DNA from: Rebecca billardiae RCC1528
Lineage: Eukaryota > Protista > Haptophyta
Assembly (NCBI GenBank): GCA_965240325.2
Contig: OZ251222.1
Span: 372,001-436,000, forward strand
Length of the DNA: 64,000 bases
Direction of reading: 5' to 3'
In this document: in pieces, positions 32,706 through 44,772 of the stretch
Layout of the letters: every line of letters starts with the position of its first letter
Position numbering within the stretch: position 1 is the first letter of the stretch
Program-made: the position numbers and the translations under genes
Notes under the pieces: generated by a model
Seen by the model: the letters and a program-made list of their open reading frames with translations, nothing else
What the model was told of the DNA's origin: nothing
The model's database searches: none

Positions 32706-33459
32706 TATATATAACACAGCTGAGCCAGTTTAACGATATCGGGATATGAATCATACTAATATACCCTAGGGTATAAGTATGACATATCGTTAAACTCATT
32801 ATTGGCCGGGCGGTACGACGAATCCGAACGGTAATGGTATATCAGGTATGTAATCCGAATCGTCGGCTGAATATGATACGTGCGCTGACGATGATTAAAT
32901 ATGACGAGTGGTCGTCTCAGCTGTCACGGCAGCCCCGCGGCCGCGGGGGCGCAGTCGTCGATACAGTCGTAACATCAGAGTCAGACAGTCATCAGACTCA
33001 GACAGTGCCGACCCCGAGCAGAGCAGGCACATAATCATCAGTGCTGCTGCCTGCGGCTGCTGACGATATTGATGCTCGTCACATGTAACTGAACTAGTGA
33101 ATTGCGACGACATGGGATAGCGACAGTAGTGCCGTTCACATCACATTGACCGATTAACTCGTCGTCGGACTCAGGAGCAGTACGTCTTAGGATACTTCGT
33201 CATCAGCATTATTGATTCGATCTGCTGATGACTACGAGCATTATATATTACGACGCGAACGACGAACGGCCTTTCAGCGTGGCGCAGTTTAACAGCAGAG
33301 CTGACAGTTCAGTCAGAGATAGTCATGGACGACGAGCAGCAGGCGACTCCGACGGACGCTGTGCGTCGAGGAGTGCTGCTTCGACTGCTGGCGGCTGGCT
33401 GACTGCTGCCATCGCGACCGGGCCAGACGGCACGCACCTCCTAGCTAGTAAGCCGGCCG

Positions 33460-35310
33460 CTAGGACAACGAGCGCCGCCCGACGGTCGGGAGCACCGAGC
33501 CGATGATGTTGCTCAGCCGCTGCTCGACGTCCGTCGGCCGAGCGGTGCCGCCGCCGGCGGGCAGCCCATCCGGCCGAGGGACGCCCGCGCCGCCCGCGCC
33601 GCCGGCGGGCACCGTCCCCACCTCGAGCGCGCCCAGCTCGGCAGTCGCCTTGGACGCCTCGCGCCGCGCGGCGAAGAGCTCGATGCTGCGCGCGAGACGG
33701 CGGCGCACGCCGATCGGCCCGACGCCCATCTCCTTGAGGTCGTCGTACGTGAGGGCGCCGAGCACGTCGAAGCCGACGCCGTGCTCGCGCAGCGTGCGCG
33801 CGCACTCGGCGCAGCCGACGCCCTCGAGCCACGCCTCGAGGCTGCGGCAGTCGGGCGGGGCGTACAGCGCGTCGCGCGCGAGCGACGCGCTCAGCGCATC
33901 TGCCTTCACGCTGAGCGCGAGCGCGCGTGCACGGCGCGCGTCGGTCGGCTTGGCGAGCATCTTGAGCGAGCGCATCGCGTGCTCGTCCAGCTGCTGCAGG
34001 TCGAGCGCCGTCGTGTACCCCGCCTCCTGCGCCGCCTCGCAGTAGTCGCCCAGCCCCCACAGCAGCAGCTGCCGGCCGGCCTCGGAGGCGTTGGCCGCGT
34101 CGCGGATGCGGTCGGCGGGCCGGCTCGCGGCAAAGCGCGAGACAGCGCGCTGCAAGTCGGGCAGCGTGAGCGTGACCAGGTCCGCGCCGCGCGCGCCCAC
34201 CGTCACGCGCGCGTTCAGCTCGTCGCTCGCCCACTGGAAGAGGTTGTCCACCAGCCGGCCGTTGTACCTCGAGCGAAGCTTCTCCGTGGTGCCCTTCTCA
34301 ATCACGTCGCGCGCGCCGCCCTTCGCGTCCGCGTCCAGCTTCCACCCGGCCGAGTTGAGCTTGATCTGCAGGATGCGCACCAGGTCGTCCACGCCGTAGT
34401 CGTCGAAGTGGAAGCGGTACTTGACGCGGGACTCGAGGCCCGGGTTGTACGTCATGAACTGGTCCATCTCCCGGCGGTACCCGGCGAAAATGAAGGTGAC
34501 CGACTTGGGGCCCGAGTCGTTCATCACCTTCATCATCTCGTCGATCGCCTCGCCTGAGAAATCGGACTGGCCGCGCATGAGCGAGGCGGTGAGCTGGTAC
34601 GCCTCGTCGACGAAGAGCACGCCGCCGCGCGCCTCCCTGATGCGCTTGGCCGTCTTGGCGCCCGTCTGGTTCACGTACCCCGCGACGAGGTCGCCCTTCT
34701 GCACCTCGACCACGTGGTCCTTGGACGAGACGCCCAGCCGCTTGTACAGCCGAGCGACCAGCCGCGCGATCGACGTCTTACCCGTGCCCGGGTTGCCGGT
34801 CATGAGGCAGTGGCGGATGGGCGCGAGCACGGTCTGCCCCTCGTTGCGCCGCACGATGTCTAGCGCGAGCTGCTTGCACAGCTTGCGCATCTGCCCCTTC
34901 ACCGTCTCCATCCCGACGAGTCGACTCAGGTCCTCCTCCATCGCGCGCTCGGCCTCGACCAGCTCCGCCTCCGTGAGCGGCTGCCGATCGGCGTCGGCGT
35001 CGTCGTCGTCGTCGTCGCTGTCGTCCGCCGTGCCCTTCCCGCCGCCGCTCCCCGCGCGCGCCGCGCGCGGCATGCCTCCGCCCGCTGTCTGCTTCTTCAG
35101 GTACTCGGCGCGTTGCAAGTACTCAAACACCTTGGCCCGAATCGTCTCGACGACCGAGGGCGCCTTCTCGTACTTGAGCGCGATCTGAAACGTCTCGATG
35201 GCCTGCACATACTTGGCCAGCGCGAGCTCGAACTCACCGCCGTTGTCCGCCGCCACCGCCTCGTTCGCCAGGCCGATGGCCTTCTCGCGCAGGTCGACGC
35301 TGCTCGACAT
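33460..35310 (-). CDS. MIT domain + CbbX/SpoVK-type AAA+ ATPase + two SAM domains
   Basis: Vps4-like MIT (AVAADNGGEF...ALKYEK...YLQRAEYLK); GNPGTGKT, DLVAGYVNQT, GGVLFVDEAYQL, AGY..NPGLESR; SAM (WLEGVG...LTYDDLKEMGVGPIGVRRRL). Confidence 0.9.
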   Translation of the reverse strand: MSSSVDLREKAIGLANEAVAADNGGEFELALAKYVQAIETFQIALKYEKAPSVVETIRAKVFEYLQRAEYLKKQTAGGGMPRAARAGSGGGKGTADDSDDDDDDADADRQPLTEAELVEAERAMEEDLSRLVGMETVKGQMRKLCKQLALDIVRRNEGQTVLAPIRHCLMTGNPGTGKTSIARLVARLYKRLGVSSKDHVVEVQKGDLVAGYVNQTGAKTAKRIREARGGVLFVDEAYQLTASLMRGQSDFSGEAIDEMMKVMNDSGPKSVTFIFAGYRREMDQFMTYNPGLESRVKYRFHFDDYGVDDLVRILQIKLNSAGWKLDADAKGGARDVIEKGTTEKLRSRYNGRLVDNLFQWASDELNARVTVGARGADLVTLTLPDLQRAVSRFAASRPADRIRDAANASEAGRQLLLWGLGDYCEAAQEAGYTTALDLQQLDEHAMRSLKMLAKPTDARRARALALSVKADALSASLARDALYAPPDCRSLEAWLEGVGCAECARTLREHGVGFDVLGALTYDDLKEMGVGPIGVRRRLARSIELFAARREASKATAELGALEVGTVPAGGAGGAGVPRPDGLPAGGGTARPTDVEQRLSNIIGSVLPTVGRRSLS

Positions 35311-35499
35311 CGCGCCGACGTCCGCCGCGGCTCACGCCCGCTGGGGGACCAGGCCGGTCAGCGCGCGCGGTCTTTTCTGCCGCGATCTCGGCATCTCGCG
35401 CGGAAAATCAAGGAATGGAAAGAAATCGCCCCACGAATCGCAGACCGACGCATCGTCATCGGTGCCCCAAGTGCACGTGTCCCGGCTCGTCACGCCGCC

Positions 35500-37698
35500 A
35501 TGCCTGCCGCCGGCCTGTCGGAGGTGCTCGCTCGAGCGCTGGCGGCGCACGCAGCGGCCGAGGAGGAGCACGTCTGCGGCTGGCTCTACGGCGCATACGA
35601 TAGTGACGGTGCGCCCGTGCCGCTCGGCGCCGTCCGCTGCCTCAACTACGCGCGCCGCGGTGCGCGAGCGCAGTCGGCCGCGTGCGCTGTGCCCGATGCG
35701 GGCGCGGAGGGGCGCGCGCTCGCTGCGCTCGTGCCGAGCGGCCTGAGCATCGTCGGCTACTACTCGTCAGCAACACTCGATGCGGCCCCATCCGCTGCGG
35801 CGGTCGGGGCATGCCCCGCGGCGCTTGCGCGCCCTCCACTCCCGGCGTGCGCGGAGCGCACACACCCGTGGCCGTCCGCGGGCCAACCGCAGCTCGCAGT
35901 GGTCGCCGCTCTCGGAGGCGGGTCCGGCCCGGCGGCCGCCGAGATGTTCGTGCAACAGACCGCCGACGCCGCGGCCCCAGCGCCCGGCGCCTGGATCCCG
36001 CTCGCCGACGCGCAGCTCGACGCGCGCGCCGCGCGCTGGCGCGACGCGTCGGCGAGCGTGCGCTGCACACTCAGGCTGCCGCTGCAGATTCAGCCGCGGG
36101 CCGGGGCGGCGGGAGCGGGGGCGGCGTGGTCAGCAGGGCTGGCGGCGGCGCTCGACGAGGCGGACGCGCTGCTGAGGAGCACCTCCGTCCACGCACACGT
36201 CCTGGGCGCGCCTCAGCTCGGCATTCACCCGCTGGCCGCGGTCGCTTCCGACGCGCCGGCCGGCGCCCGCTCGGCGCCGCCGACCGTGCGCGAGGCGGTG
36301 CAGGCGAGCGGGTCTGCGGGGCAGCAGGCGGCAGGCGCGCCTCCGATGCTCGCGCTCGAGCTCATGTGGGAGCAGACCACCTCCTCCGCGCCGCCCGTCC
36401 GACCTCCCGTCCTCGTGAGCGCAGAGGCGGGCGCGGCGGGCCCTGCGACCCAACCGCCCGCGCCCGTGAGCGTGCCCGTGGCCCTTGACGTGCTGCACGT
36501 CGTCCCGGCGTCGGAGGCGGTGGCCGACGCGGCGCGGGGGGTGCAGGCGGCGCTGTGCGCGCAGCTCCGCCGGCTGGGCGCGCTCGTCGGCGCGGACACG
36601 CCCAGCGGCACGCGCGCGCGCGCATGCGTGTTCGAGCCGTGCGCGGCCATGCAGCCGCCCACCGCCATGCACTTTCAGGCCGAGTATGTGCTGCGCCCCA
36701 GCGACGACTCCGCCGAGGCGTCGGCGCTCGAGGCGCGGCGCGCGCTGCACGCGCGGCTTGGGCTGCCCACCGACCGCCCGCTCGTGCGCACGTGCAACGC
36801 GCTGCCGCCACCCGGCGAGCGCCGCGCGCTGTGCGCGACGCGCCTGGTGAATATCCATGAGCAGTGTCCGCCCTCTGGGCTCAAGGGCGGCATGCTCGCG
36901 GCCGTGCGCGGGCAGTACGAGTACTACCACTACATGCAGGTGTGCGCGCGGCGGCGCCGCGCGCCCGCGCGAGCACAGGCTGCGCGCGCGCAGGCGGGCC
37001 CGGGCCCGCTCACCCGCGCCGCCGCGCCGTGCGCGTCGTGCCCCGCGCCCGCCCTGCTTTGCCCACGTCTGCCCAGGACAACTTTGACGACAAGGGCTGG
37101 GGCTGCGCCTACCGCTCGCTGATGACGATCGTCTCGTGGTACAGGATGCAGAACTACACGACTGTCGAGGTGCCCGCGCACCCCGTGATCCAGGCGCGGC
37201 TGGTCAACGAGTGCGCGCAGCCCGCCAGCCTGATCAACTCGAAGCGCTGGATCGGCGCGCTTGACGTCTCGATGTTCCTCGAGATCGCGCTCGGCGTCAC
37301 CTGCCGGATCGAGAACTTCTCCTCCGGCGCGGAGCTCGCGTCCAAGGGGCGGCAGCTGCTGCACCACTTCGAGACGCAGGGCACGCCGGTGATGATGGGC
37401 GGCGGCGAGCTCGCGTACACCCTGCTCGGCGTGCACTTCGACGACAAGAGCGGTGCGCGCCGTCGCTGCGCCGTGGCGCGCGCGGCACGCCGCGTCGGCC
37501 TGACCGCGCCCGGCCGCACGCGCGCGCTCCTCGGCTCCAGGTGACATTCGGTTTCTCATCCTCGACCCTCACTACACGGGGCGCGACGACCAGGGCGAGA
37601 TCGTGAGCAAGAAGTGGTGCGGCTGGCACACAGCGGACAAGTTCGTCAAGACGGCCTTCTACAACCTGTGCTTCCCGCTCTGCCCGGACTGCATCTGA
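35500..37698 (+). CDS. UFSP2: Ufm1-specific protease 2 (peptidase C78); introns 36940-37076 and 37453-37540
   Basis: Motifs YEYYHYMQ|DNFDDKGWGCAYRSL, HFETQGTPVMMGGG, FLILDPHYTG, FYNLCFP. Confidence 0.95.
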
Positions 37699-38919
37699 GC
37701 CAGCGCTGGCCGGCCGGCGGGCGTCCACGGGACTGGCGCCTGCAGCCGCGCGTGCCGGCACACTCAAGTGTCGGCCTGCAATCGTGCCTGAAGCGCCGAC
37801 GGTATGGTGCTCGTCCTGGACGCTTCGGCAGGAAATGGCATCCGGCGGTGCCGACCGCCCGATGACGCCCGACGGGCACGCGCGGGGGTCGTCCGGACGG
37901 GCCTGCCGACGACCCTGCCAACCACTGAGAGTTGCATTGCGCGACTGGCACCATGCCAGGATGACAGGCCACGCGCCGACACTCGACACACGATTCGTCA
38001 CTCGACGCCCGTGGACAGACTGGCCAATGATGATGACAGTGCTCGGGGACCGGTTGGTGGCGGCAATGATGGCAGTGAATAGAATTATAGTGATGGCGGC
38101 TGCCGTCTACCGAGTACCGACTGCCAGGGGCAGGGTTGCACCGCGGCACCGCCGACCGCCGCGCCGGCCCGTCGGGACCGAGCCACCGGTGACCGGGAAC
38201 CGGGGCAGTCCGTATGCAGATCTCCTGGCCAGCCGGGCGCATCCCCGCGGCAGACCGCTGCTACTGCGAGTCTCGCGGCCCCACCCGTCGTACCCGAGCA
38301 GTGCGGCAAGCTGCGTGGCCGAGATCATCCAGTTTGCAGCAGGTGGGCGGCGAGATAGCAATCTCTGCAGTCGAGCGCGTCTGCGCCATCGAGTGTCTGC
38401 TGCCAGGCGGTGGTGCGCTCCAGGCCTTCGCTCCAACCTGCCTGTGGCCTTTTGAAGCGGAAACCGAGCCCGTGCGTGCGTTGGAAGTACACGGCATCCT
38501 CCACAGCCCGCGACGTCATCTCGGCGCACAGCTCCTGCATGGACGGCGGCGGCGGCGTCTCCTCCACGATGCACTTGTCGACGGCATGCGCGTACTGGCA
38601 CCAGCCCCTCCGAGATGCAAAGCTCACGCGCCTGTCGCTCAGCTCAATCGTCCGCACCTGGTGCAGCCGGTACGTGCGCGCATCCATCTGGTCGCGTTGT
38701 CGCCGTCCGCGTCGAGCCGGGCGGGCGCGGGGTTGAAGCTGCCAGGTTGCTGGCGTTTCAACCAGGAGTCCGGCTGCCGAGCAGGACACGCTTGCCGCGC
38801 AGCGGCGGCGGCCTCGCGATCGCGACTCGCAGCGGCTGCTGTACCGTAGCGGGCCACCTTTGCGCGCAGCGGCTGCTGACGCACCCTCGTCGGCTGCTCG
38901 GGGACGCGTGGGGGCAGCG

Positions 38920-39234
38920 ATGGCGCAGTCGAACCACACGATCGTGTTGATCCAGTACACGGACAACCCGAACTCTCGCACGTACATGGACTTTGAGACC
39001 CTCGTGCAGGGCATCGACGGAGTCTGCGCGATCTACGAGTCTGAGCTGAAACGATGCAACCCGGGGGTGCGCAACATCACCTACGACGTGTCGGACTTGT
39101 ACAAGTACATCGACCAGTTGACAGACCTAAGTATGCTCATTTACAACGCGCCAGCCACGTCGTACATCCCCCGGGGCAAGGACTGGATCAAAACGCAGGT
39201 CTTCAACCACCTGAAGCGCCAGGCGGCGCAGTGA
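38920..39234 (+). CDS. ERH: Enhancer of rudimentary homolog
   Basis: HTIVLIQ..SRTYMDFE..YE..LKR.NP..NITYDVSDL..YIPRGKDWIK; 104 aa. Confidence 0.97.
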   Translation: MAQSNHTIVLIQYTDNPNSRTYMDFETLVQGIDGVCAIYESELKRCNPGVRNITYDVSDLYKYIDQLTDLSMLIYNAPATSYIPRGKDWIKTQVFNHLKRQAAQ

Positions 39235-40277
39235 GCGACACCGTGTCTTGGAGAGTCGTGCTGATGAGCATGCTGCCGCTTGCTCGATCGGTGACTTCCG
39301 CGCCGATGATGCGAAAGCATGCGCTCAATGCCGCGGTTCGCGCGCCGATGGGCATCCCGCATGGGGCGGGTGCTCATTTGACCTTCCAACCGCTGCCGGC
39401 AGTTGCACGCACCTCATGAGCTGCGCGCGCCTGGCGTGCTTGAGCAAGTCCTTGCGGCAGCAGCAGCTGCCGCCCTTGGCACCTCAAGCGCGGCGTCTGT
39501 CCGCTCCCATCCACTTCTCCGATCCATTCATGCTGGTCTCTGTCGTCCCTGTGAATCCGGTCGTCGGGGGACCTTCGATTCGTGCCCAACCGCCACGGCC
39601 GCGAGCCGGCCTGGCACGGCGGCATTCGGCGCCCGGCTTGCGCCACCGCCGGCTCACCGCTCACACGAGTCCTACACTCCTACTACTAAGGTGTTGCGAC
39701 GACCGACGCTGAAATCGCAACGTAGGCGCTCCCGTCGCCCGCCCGCGTCGCCGCTCCTGATTAGTGAACATTGGCGGTAATCGGTCTGAATTCACACGAC
39801 CCGAGTGGCAGCGGTGCCACTCGGCCGTCTCGGGCCCCGGGCCCGATTGAGTGTGACCGGACCAGGTAATATTGTCAATGATAGTAGTTTGAAATAAAAT
39901 TATATACTTTGTAACAAACTCTCTCTCTCTCTATATATAAGAATAATGCATTTTTCTGTAGCTCACTAGCCTAACAGTTAGTCATGCCGCTTGATACACG
40001 CCTTCCCCAACCGACAGTGGGGCTCCACGTTCCTTACTACTCATCCTCATCCTGTCGGCGCGCTGTTGCATCGGCGTCCAGTCGGCGAGTTCGGACGACG
40101 ACGTTTTGTGGACGACGGTGGGGCGAGGACGACTCCGGGCGCTGGCGCGCCGCGAGGCGGCCGCAGCCCTCATCCAGGCCTCGCAGGCGGACGGCTGAAC
40201 GAATTTTTCCGGCGGCGCTACCATCGATCGGCGACGGCTTCATGGGGCGGTGACAGTTGGCGGGGCCGCGTCAACTC

Positions 40278-40398
40278 TCGCCTGCCTAGTGCCTGAGCTG
40301 TGTGCGTCTCTTATTCCTAGTAAACTGGAAGTGACAGACGAGTGCCAGTTACAGTTTACTAGCTATGATTTAACGTGCACACTTGGTTAAGGCGTGAT
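40278..40398. mobile_element. Back-to-back pogo/Tc2-like ends (family C reverse complement, then family B)
   Basis: Match 27051-27096 and 47477-47521, with small insertions. Confidence 0.6.
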
Positions 40399-41186
40399 TA
40401 ACGCCATCCAACACTGCACAAAGACACCGCAACAAACTACAGACCGGCGCAGGCAGGTGAGGGGCGCGTTGCCGCACCTCATCGAGGCGGCCATTGCAGC
40501 AAGCGGCCGCCCCGCGCTCGAAGGCACGCGCTCGAGAGCGCGCTCTGACACCACACGGTAATAAGTGTCACTCATGTTATTATTATTCGTCATCAACGCC
40601 GCTATTCCCGCTAGGGAGTAGCCAGTAGCCGTAGGGGCACCACTCTAATTTAGACTTAGAGTCTAAAGAGTAAAGTCTCGCATCAAGTCTGTCTTAGCAA
40701 CCGTACCCGGGTCCGCGCGAATTGTCTACCGTGTACGGTCCGCCGCAATTAGTCATAGTGGCAAACTTGAGTAGTTGAGTTGAGGTTTAGACTTAAGACT
40801 TTAGAGCCGCGCCGCAGGTCCCAGACCGCCAGCCGGTCGGCAGTCGGCAGTCGCCGTCGGGCTCGGCAGAAAGTCCCGGTGTCGCACTCGCAGGGCCGCC
40901 TCATCTCAAAGCTGTCATCAGCCCGTGACACAGCCGCCAGACCTGCCTCGCACTGCTCGGCAATAGTAGCCCAAATGCTTGAGTACAGAGTAGCCAATAG
41001 CCTGCCGGCACGCTGCTGGTGAGCTGTCTCGCCACGCGACGCGTGCCAGGTTGCACGCTCCTCCGCCGTCGCCGCCGCCCGCCAGCGCCTCGGCGCAGGC
41101 CACGACAGAGGAAGCAGCTGCGCCATCGCAGGGTGCCGCGCTCGCCGCCCTATTTCGGCGAGGGCCGGGGTGGACGCACCGGCTCG

Positions 41187-43019
41187 TCAGAGCTGCTTGG
41201 TGCGCTCGTCCTCCTCCGGTGTCCTCTGCACTCGGCCGAAGATCGCCGTGAAGAAGACGAGGAGCCAGAAGATGAGCATCAGCGTGCCGCCAATCGTCCA
41301 GTAGATGATGTCGATGGTCGAGCCGCTCTCTTCGGCGAGGTTCTCGATGAGCGTCTGGTACGAGTTCTTCACCGCCCAGCCGAGCTGGATGGCGACTGTG
41401 GCGAAGTAGAGCAGCTCGGCGTTGGCCAGGCACAAGATCTTGTCGACGCAGACCGGCCGCGACGAGCCGCCCCGCCGCACGGCGAGGAAGATCGCGAAGC
41501 CAATGTACCAGCCGATGAAGACCGTCCACACGATGTACTCGCCCCAGCAGATGCTCTTGGCGTCGCACACGTCCCCGGTCGCCACGTTGGCGAGCGCCTC
41601 GACGATCGACCACCACGCAAACGCGCTGACGAAGATGAGCGACTTGTTCCCGACGAAGCGCGAGCGGTCGACGAACGAGGTCACGACCGTGTCGTCCTTC
41701 TTCGGCGGCTTCGCCACCTTGGACGCGTTCGCGAGCGGCTTGAGAGTGCGGAACCACGCGGCGAGCGCGGAGATGCCGACCGCGCGGAAGATGGCAATCA
41801 GCAGGAGCAGCGAGAGAACGCGCCGCCGCTCCTGCCGGTCCTGGATCGCGAACGGGTCGTCCTCGTCGTTCGGGTCGGGCGTCGCGACCGAGTCGTACGC
41901 GGCCGCTTGCGTGAAGTGTTGCTGCGCCACGGTCGCGTGCGAGGTCGGCGCGCATCGCGTGAGCGCGGATGAGCGCGCGCTGCCCGCGCGGCGCGCGCGC
42001 GCACACCGCCGCGCGCTCGCCGCCGCGCGGCTTTGCGGCGCACCAGTGCGAGGTGCCACGAGAAGCCGATCACCAGCGCGCTCGCGCCGAGGAGCAACGC
42101 GCCAAAGTTGGCGACGAAGTTGAGGCACGGGTTGCCCCGCGTGCCCATCCGCGTCGGGTGGATGAAGAGCGTGGTGGTGAACGTGAAGAGAGGGCCGAGC
42201 AGAAGCGCAATGCCTGCGGCGCGGCGTGGCGCGGGCGCGGCGGCGGCGGCACGGGCGAGCACGCCATCAGACTGGCGCGCGGCGTGAGCGGGCGGGCAGG
42301 TCGGGCGGGCGCGCACAGAGCAGGATTCCGAAGCGCGCCCAGAGCTGCTCCTGGCTCGACAGGTGGGTCAGGTCGTCCTTCCCCGGCGCGCTGTCGTTCG
42401 TGTCGATGTTCTTGTCGATCTCGGCGACGATGCCCTTCCACTGCCAGCCGACCAAGATCTGCAGCGACTGCTTGATCAGGTTGAGGAGGCGCTTGTTGAA
42501 GCGCTCGCTCACGCATGCGAGCACGGCGTAGAGGATGGAGGCGTAGATCGTCGTGCCCACCGCGCTCAAGAACACCCACCACTCCGAGTTCGGATCGTTC
42601 CTGATCGTGCGCTGCACCGCATCGTCCCACTGCACGGCGATCGTGGTCGCGATGGCCGTCGTGATGTACGGCTCGATGTTGGAGCGAAGGTCGTTGACGG
42701 TGATGGGCGCCTTGCGCTTCTCCGCTTCCAAACGCCGCGCTCGCTTTCCGCGCACCGCCGCCTGCAGCCTCGTCGCTGCGCGCACCTTCTTCGCCAGAAG
42801 GTTGGCATCACGCTTCGCCTTGCGCTGCGCCGGCGTCAGACCCGCCGACGACGAGTCGCGCTGCGGCTTCTTACGCCCTCCCGGCGAGACGGCGCGGTCG
42901 GCACCGTCGCGCGCGGTGTTCGCAGCCGATGCCGCCGCGTCAGCAGCGCCACGCGCACGCGCCCTTCGCGTGGAGGTCGTCGCGCCAGGGCTGCGGGGAG
43001 CTGGGCCCGGTGACGACAT
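41187..43019 (-). CDS. Multi-pass membrane protein with an N-terminal IQ calmodulin-binding motif; introns 42214-42316 and 41922-42043
   Basis: AATRLQAAVRGKRARR; many hydrophobic helices; GT..AG splicing keeps the frame. Confidence 0.75.
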
Positions 43020-43181
43020 TTTGGTTTGCTGCTTCAACCGCCGCCCCGCTTACGAGCGGCCGGCCCGGGCGGGTGGGTCAGACACTGGACAGCTGTTCAT
43101 GATATTCACCGGACTCATGAGCTGTCTTGGTACTCTCCTCCGGACTGCGCCGCCAGTTGTCGTCGGTGACTCGGTGCGACG

Positions 43182-44318
43182 ATGGCGGGTTTCCGAGTAG
43201 CTCGCGGCCTGGCCCTGCTGGTGGTCTGCACGCTGACGCGTGCTGGGCGCAGAGTGAACATCCGCCCCGCCTACATCTCCGTCGGTGGGCAGCCGTGCCG
43301 GCCCGTCCCCCACCCGCGCTGGACCGTGCTGCACATCCCCAAGTGCGGCTCTGTCGTGGAGGAGCTCGGCTTTGACTATGCGATGGTGATGCACGGGCTC
43401 GAGCGGCACCGCCCGCTGCTGGGCGCGCGCGCGGCGTGGGCCAAGACGATGACGCTGCTGCGCCAGCCCGAGGAGCGCGTCGTCTCGATGTACATGTACT
43501 TTTTGCGCCACCCCCCGCCGAGCAACTACAACTTCCACAACGGCTTTGGCTTCGTGTCGCGCGAGCAGATGCGGAAGGTGTACGCCGACGTGCGCGCGCT
43601 CCGGCCCGTGGCCGAGGTGTTCGCGCCCTTCCGTGGCTGCCAGACCAACATGATCAACCACCAGTACTGCATGCACCGCACCGGGTACCACGACGCCGCG
43701 CGCACGAGCCCCGCCGCGCGCGAGCGCTGGGTGCGCGAAGCCGTTGGCAAGCTCGCGCAGCTCGGCTTCGTGGGGATCCTCGAGGAGCTGAGGCTGAGCG
43801 TGTGCCTGCTGAACGCGCTGCTCACGGGGGAGCCCTTCTACATGCACCGCCAGCTGCGCACGGCGAACCCGACGATGCCCGATGAGTCCAGCGCGCTCTT
43901 CGAGGCGTCCACATCGCAGGCCGCCGCGGCGCGCGCGCGCGTGAACACGACCCTGGAACGGGACGAGGTGGATGGCGCGCTGTACGACGCGGCGCGCGCG
44001 CTGCTCCGGCGCCGACTCGATGCCGCCAATGTGACGCAGGAGACCTGCCGCAGCCGGCCGGATGACTACGTGAAGCCGTGCGCGTGCTCGGTGGCGGCGA
44101 CGCCGAGGGCACCCGCACCGGCGCGGGCGAGCGCAGCAAGCGCGTCGGAATCGGCATATCACGGTTCTGCCGCCGAATTCGCGCCGCCGTGCTCGGAAGA
44201 GCAAGCGGCCGCGGCGGCTTCAGCGCGCGACGCCGCGGCAGCAGCGCAGGCCATCGCCGGTGCGGGCTGCTGCGCCGTGCTGCCGGCGTCGATGCGCCCT
44301 CGTGCGCTGGCCGCGTGA
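43182..44318 (+). CDS. Sulfotransferase family protein (secreted/Golgi)
   Basis: Signal peptide; HIPKCGS (5'-PSB), TLLRQPEERVVSMY (3'-PB), FVGILEEL..SVCLL. Confidence 0.8.
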   Translation: MAGFRVARGLALLVVCTLTRAGRRVNIRPAYISVGGQPCRPVPHPRWTVLHIPKCGSVVEELGFDYAMVMHGLERHRPLLGARAAWAKTMTLLRQPEERVVSMYMYFLRHPPPSNYNFHNGFGFVSREQMRKVYADVRALRPVAEVFAPFRGCQTNMINHQYCMHRTGYHDAARTSPAARERWVREAVGKLAQLGFVGILEELRLSVCLLNALLTGEPFYMHRQLRTANPTMPDESSALFEASTSQAAAARARVNTTLERDEVDGALYDAARALLRRRLDAANVTQETCRSRPDDYVKPCACSVAATPRAPAPARASAASASESAYHGSAAEFAPPCSEEQAAAAASARDAAAAAQAIAGAGCCAVLPASMRPRALAA

Positions 44319-44772
44319 AACTGTGTGAGCCGGCGAAGACGACTGCGCTCACATGCTCATGCATGGTGCCGCCGCCCAGGCTCAAGGACAACGGGCTGGC
44401 GCCCTGCTGGCGCCAGTGGCGCGGTCCGACAGTCAGCGCCATCCCCTCGAGTCTCGTCCTCTGCTGCGCTAGCTGACGATGCGATTACAATGTTCGTCAG
44501 AGTTGAGCTAGTAGTATATAGGCTTCTGACGACTGAATGTAGCGGCTCTGTACGGTCGGTTCAGTGACAGTCACAGTCACAGTGATCAGTCTCGGTCGTT
44601 ATATTGCTGCTATATTATTATATTAATATAAGTCAGTCATCTAACGATGCCGACGATATGAATTATATATATGCTGATGCATATATACGTATATATGTAT
44701 AAGCTATATATGTACGTATATATATGGTTAACGACCCGCCCATACCGTCGTCGCACATACATTATAGTTTAT

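Noticed and set aside
33460-35310. Calling this gene VPS4 or cbbX
   Set aside because: The ATPase is not Vps4-clade, and MIT/SAM domains without a plastid targeting signal do not fit a Rubisco activase.
37750-38700. Possible gene divergent from ERH, including a YqaJ-like word (ISATQLAALLG)
   Set aside because: No consistent frame or splice model and no downstream nuclease motifs.
44728-44760. TTAACGAC next to TA-rich DNA as another retroelement tail
   Set aside because: Only 8 nt match; adjacent sequence differs.
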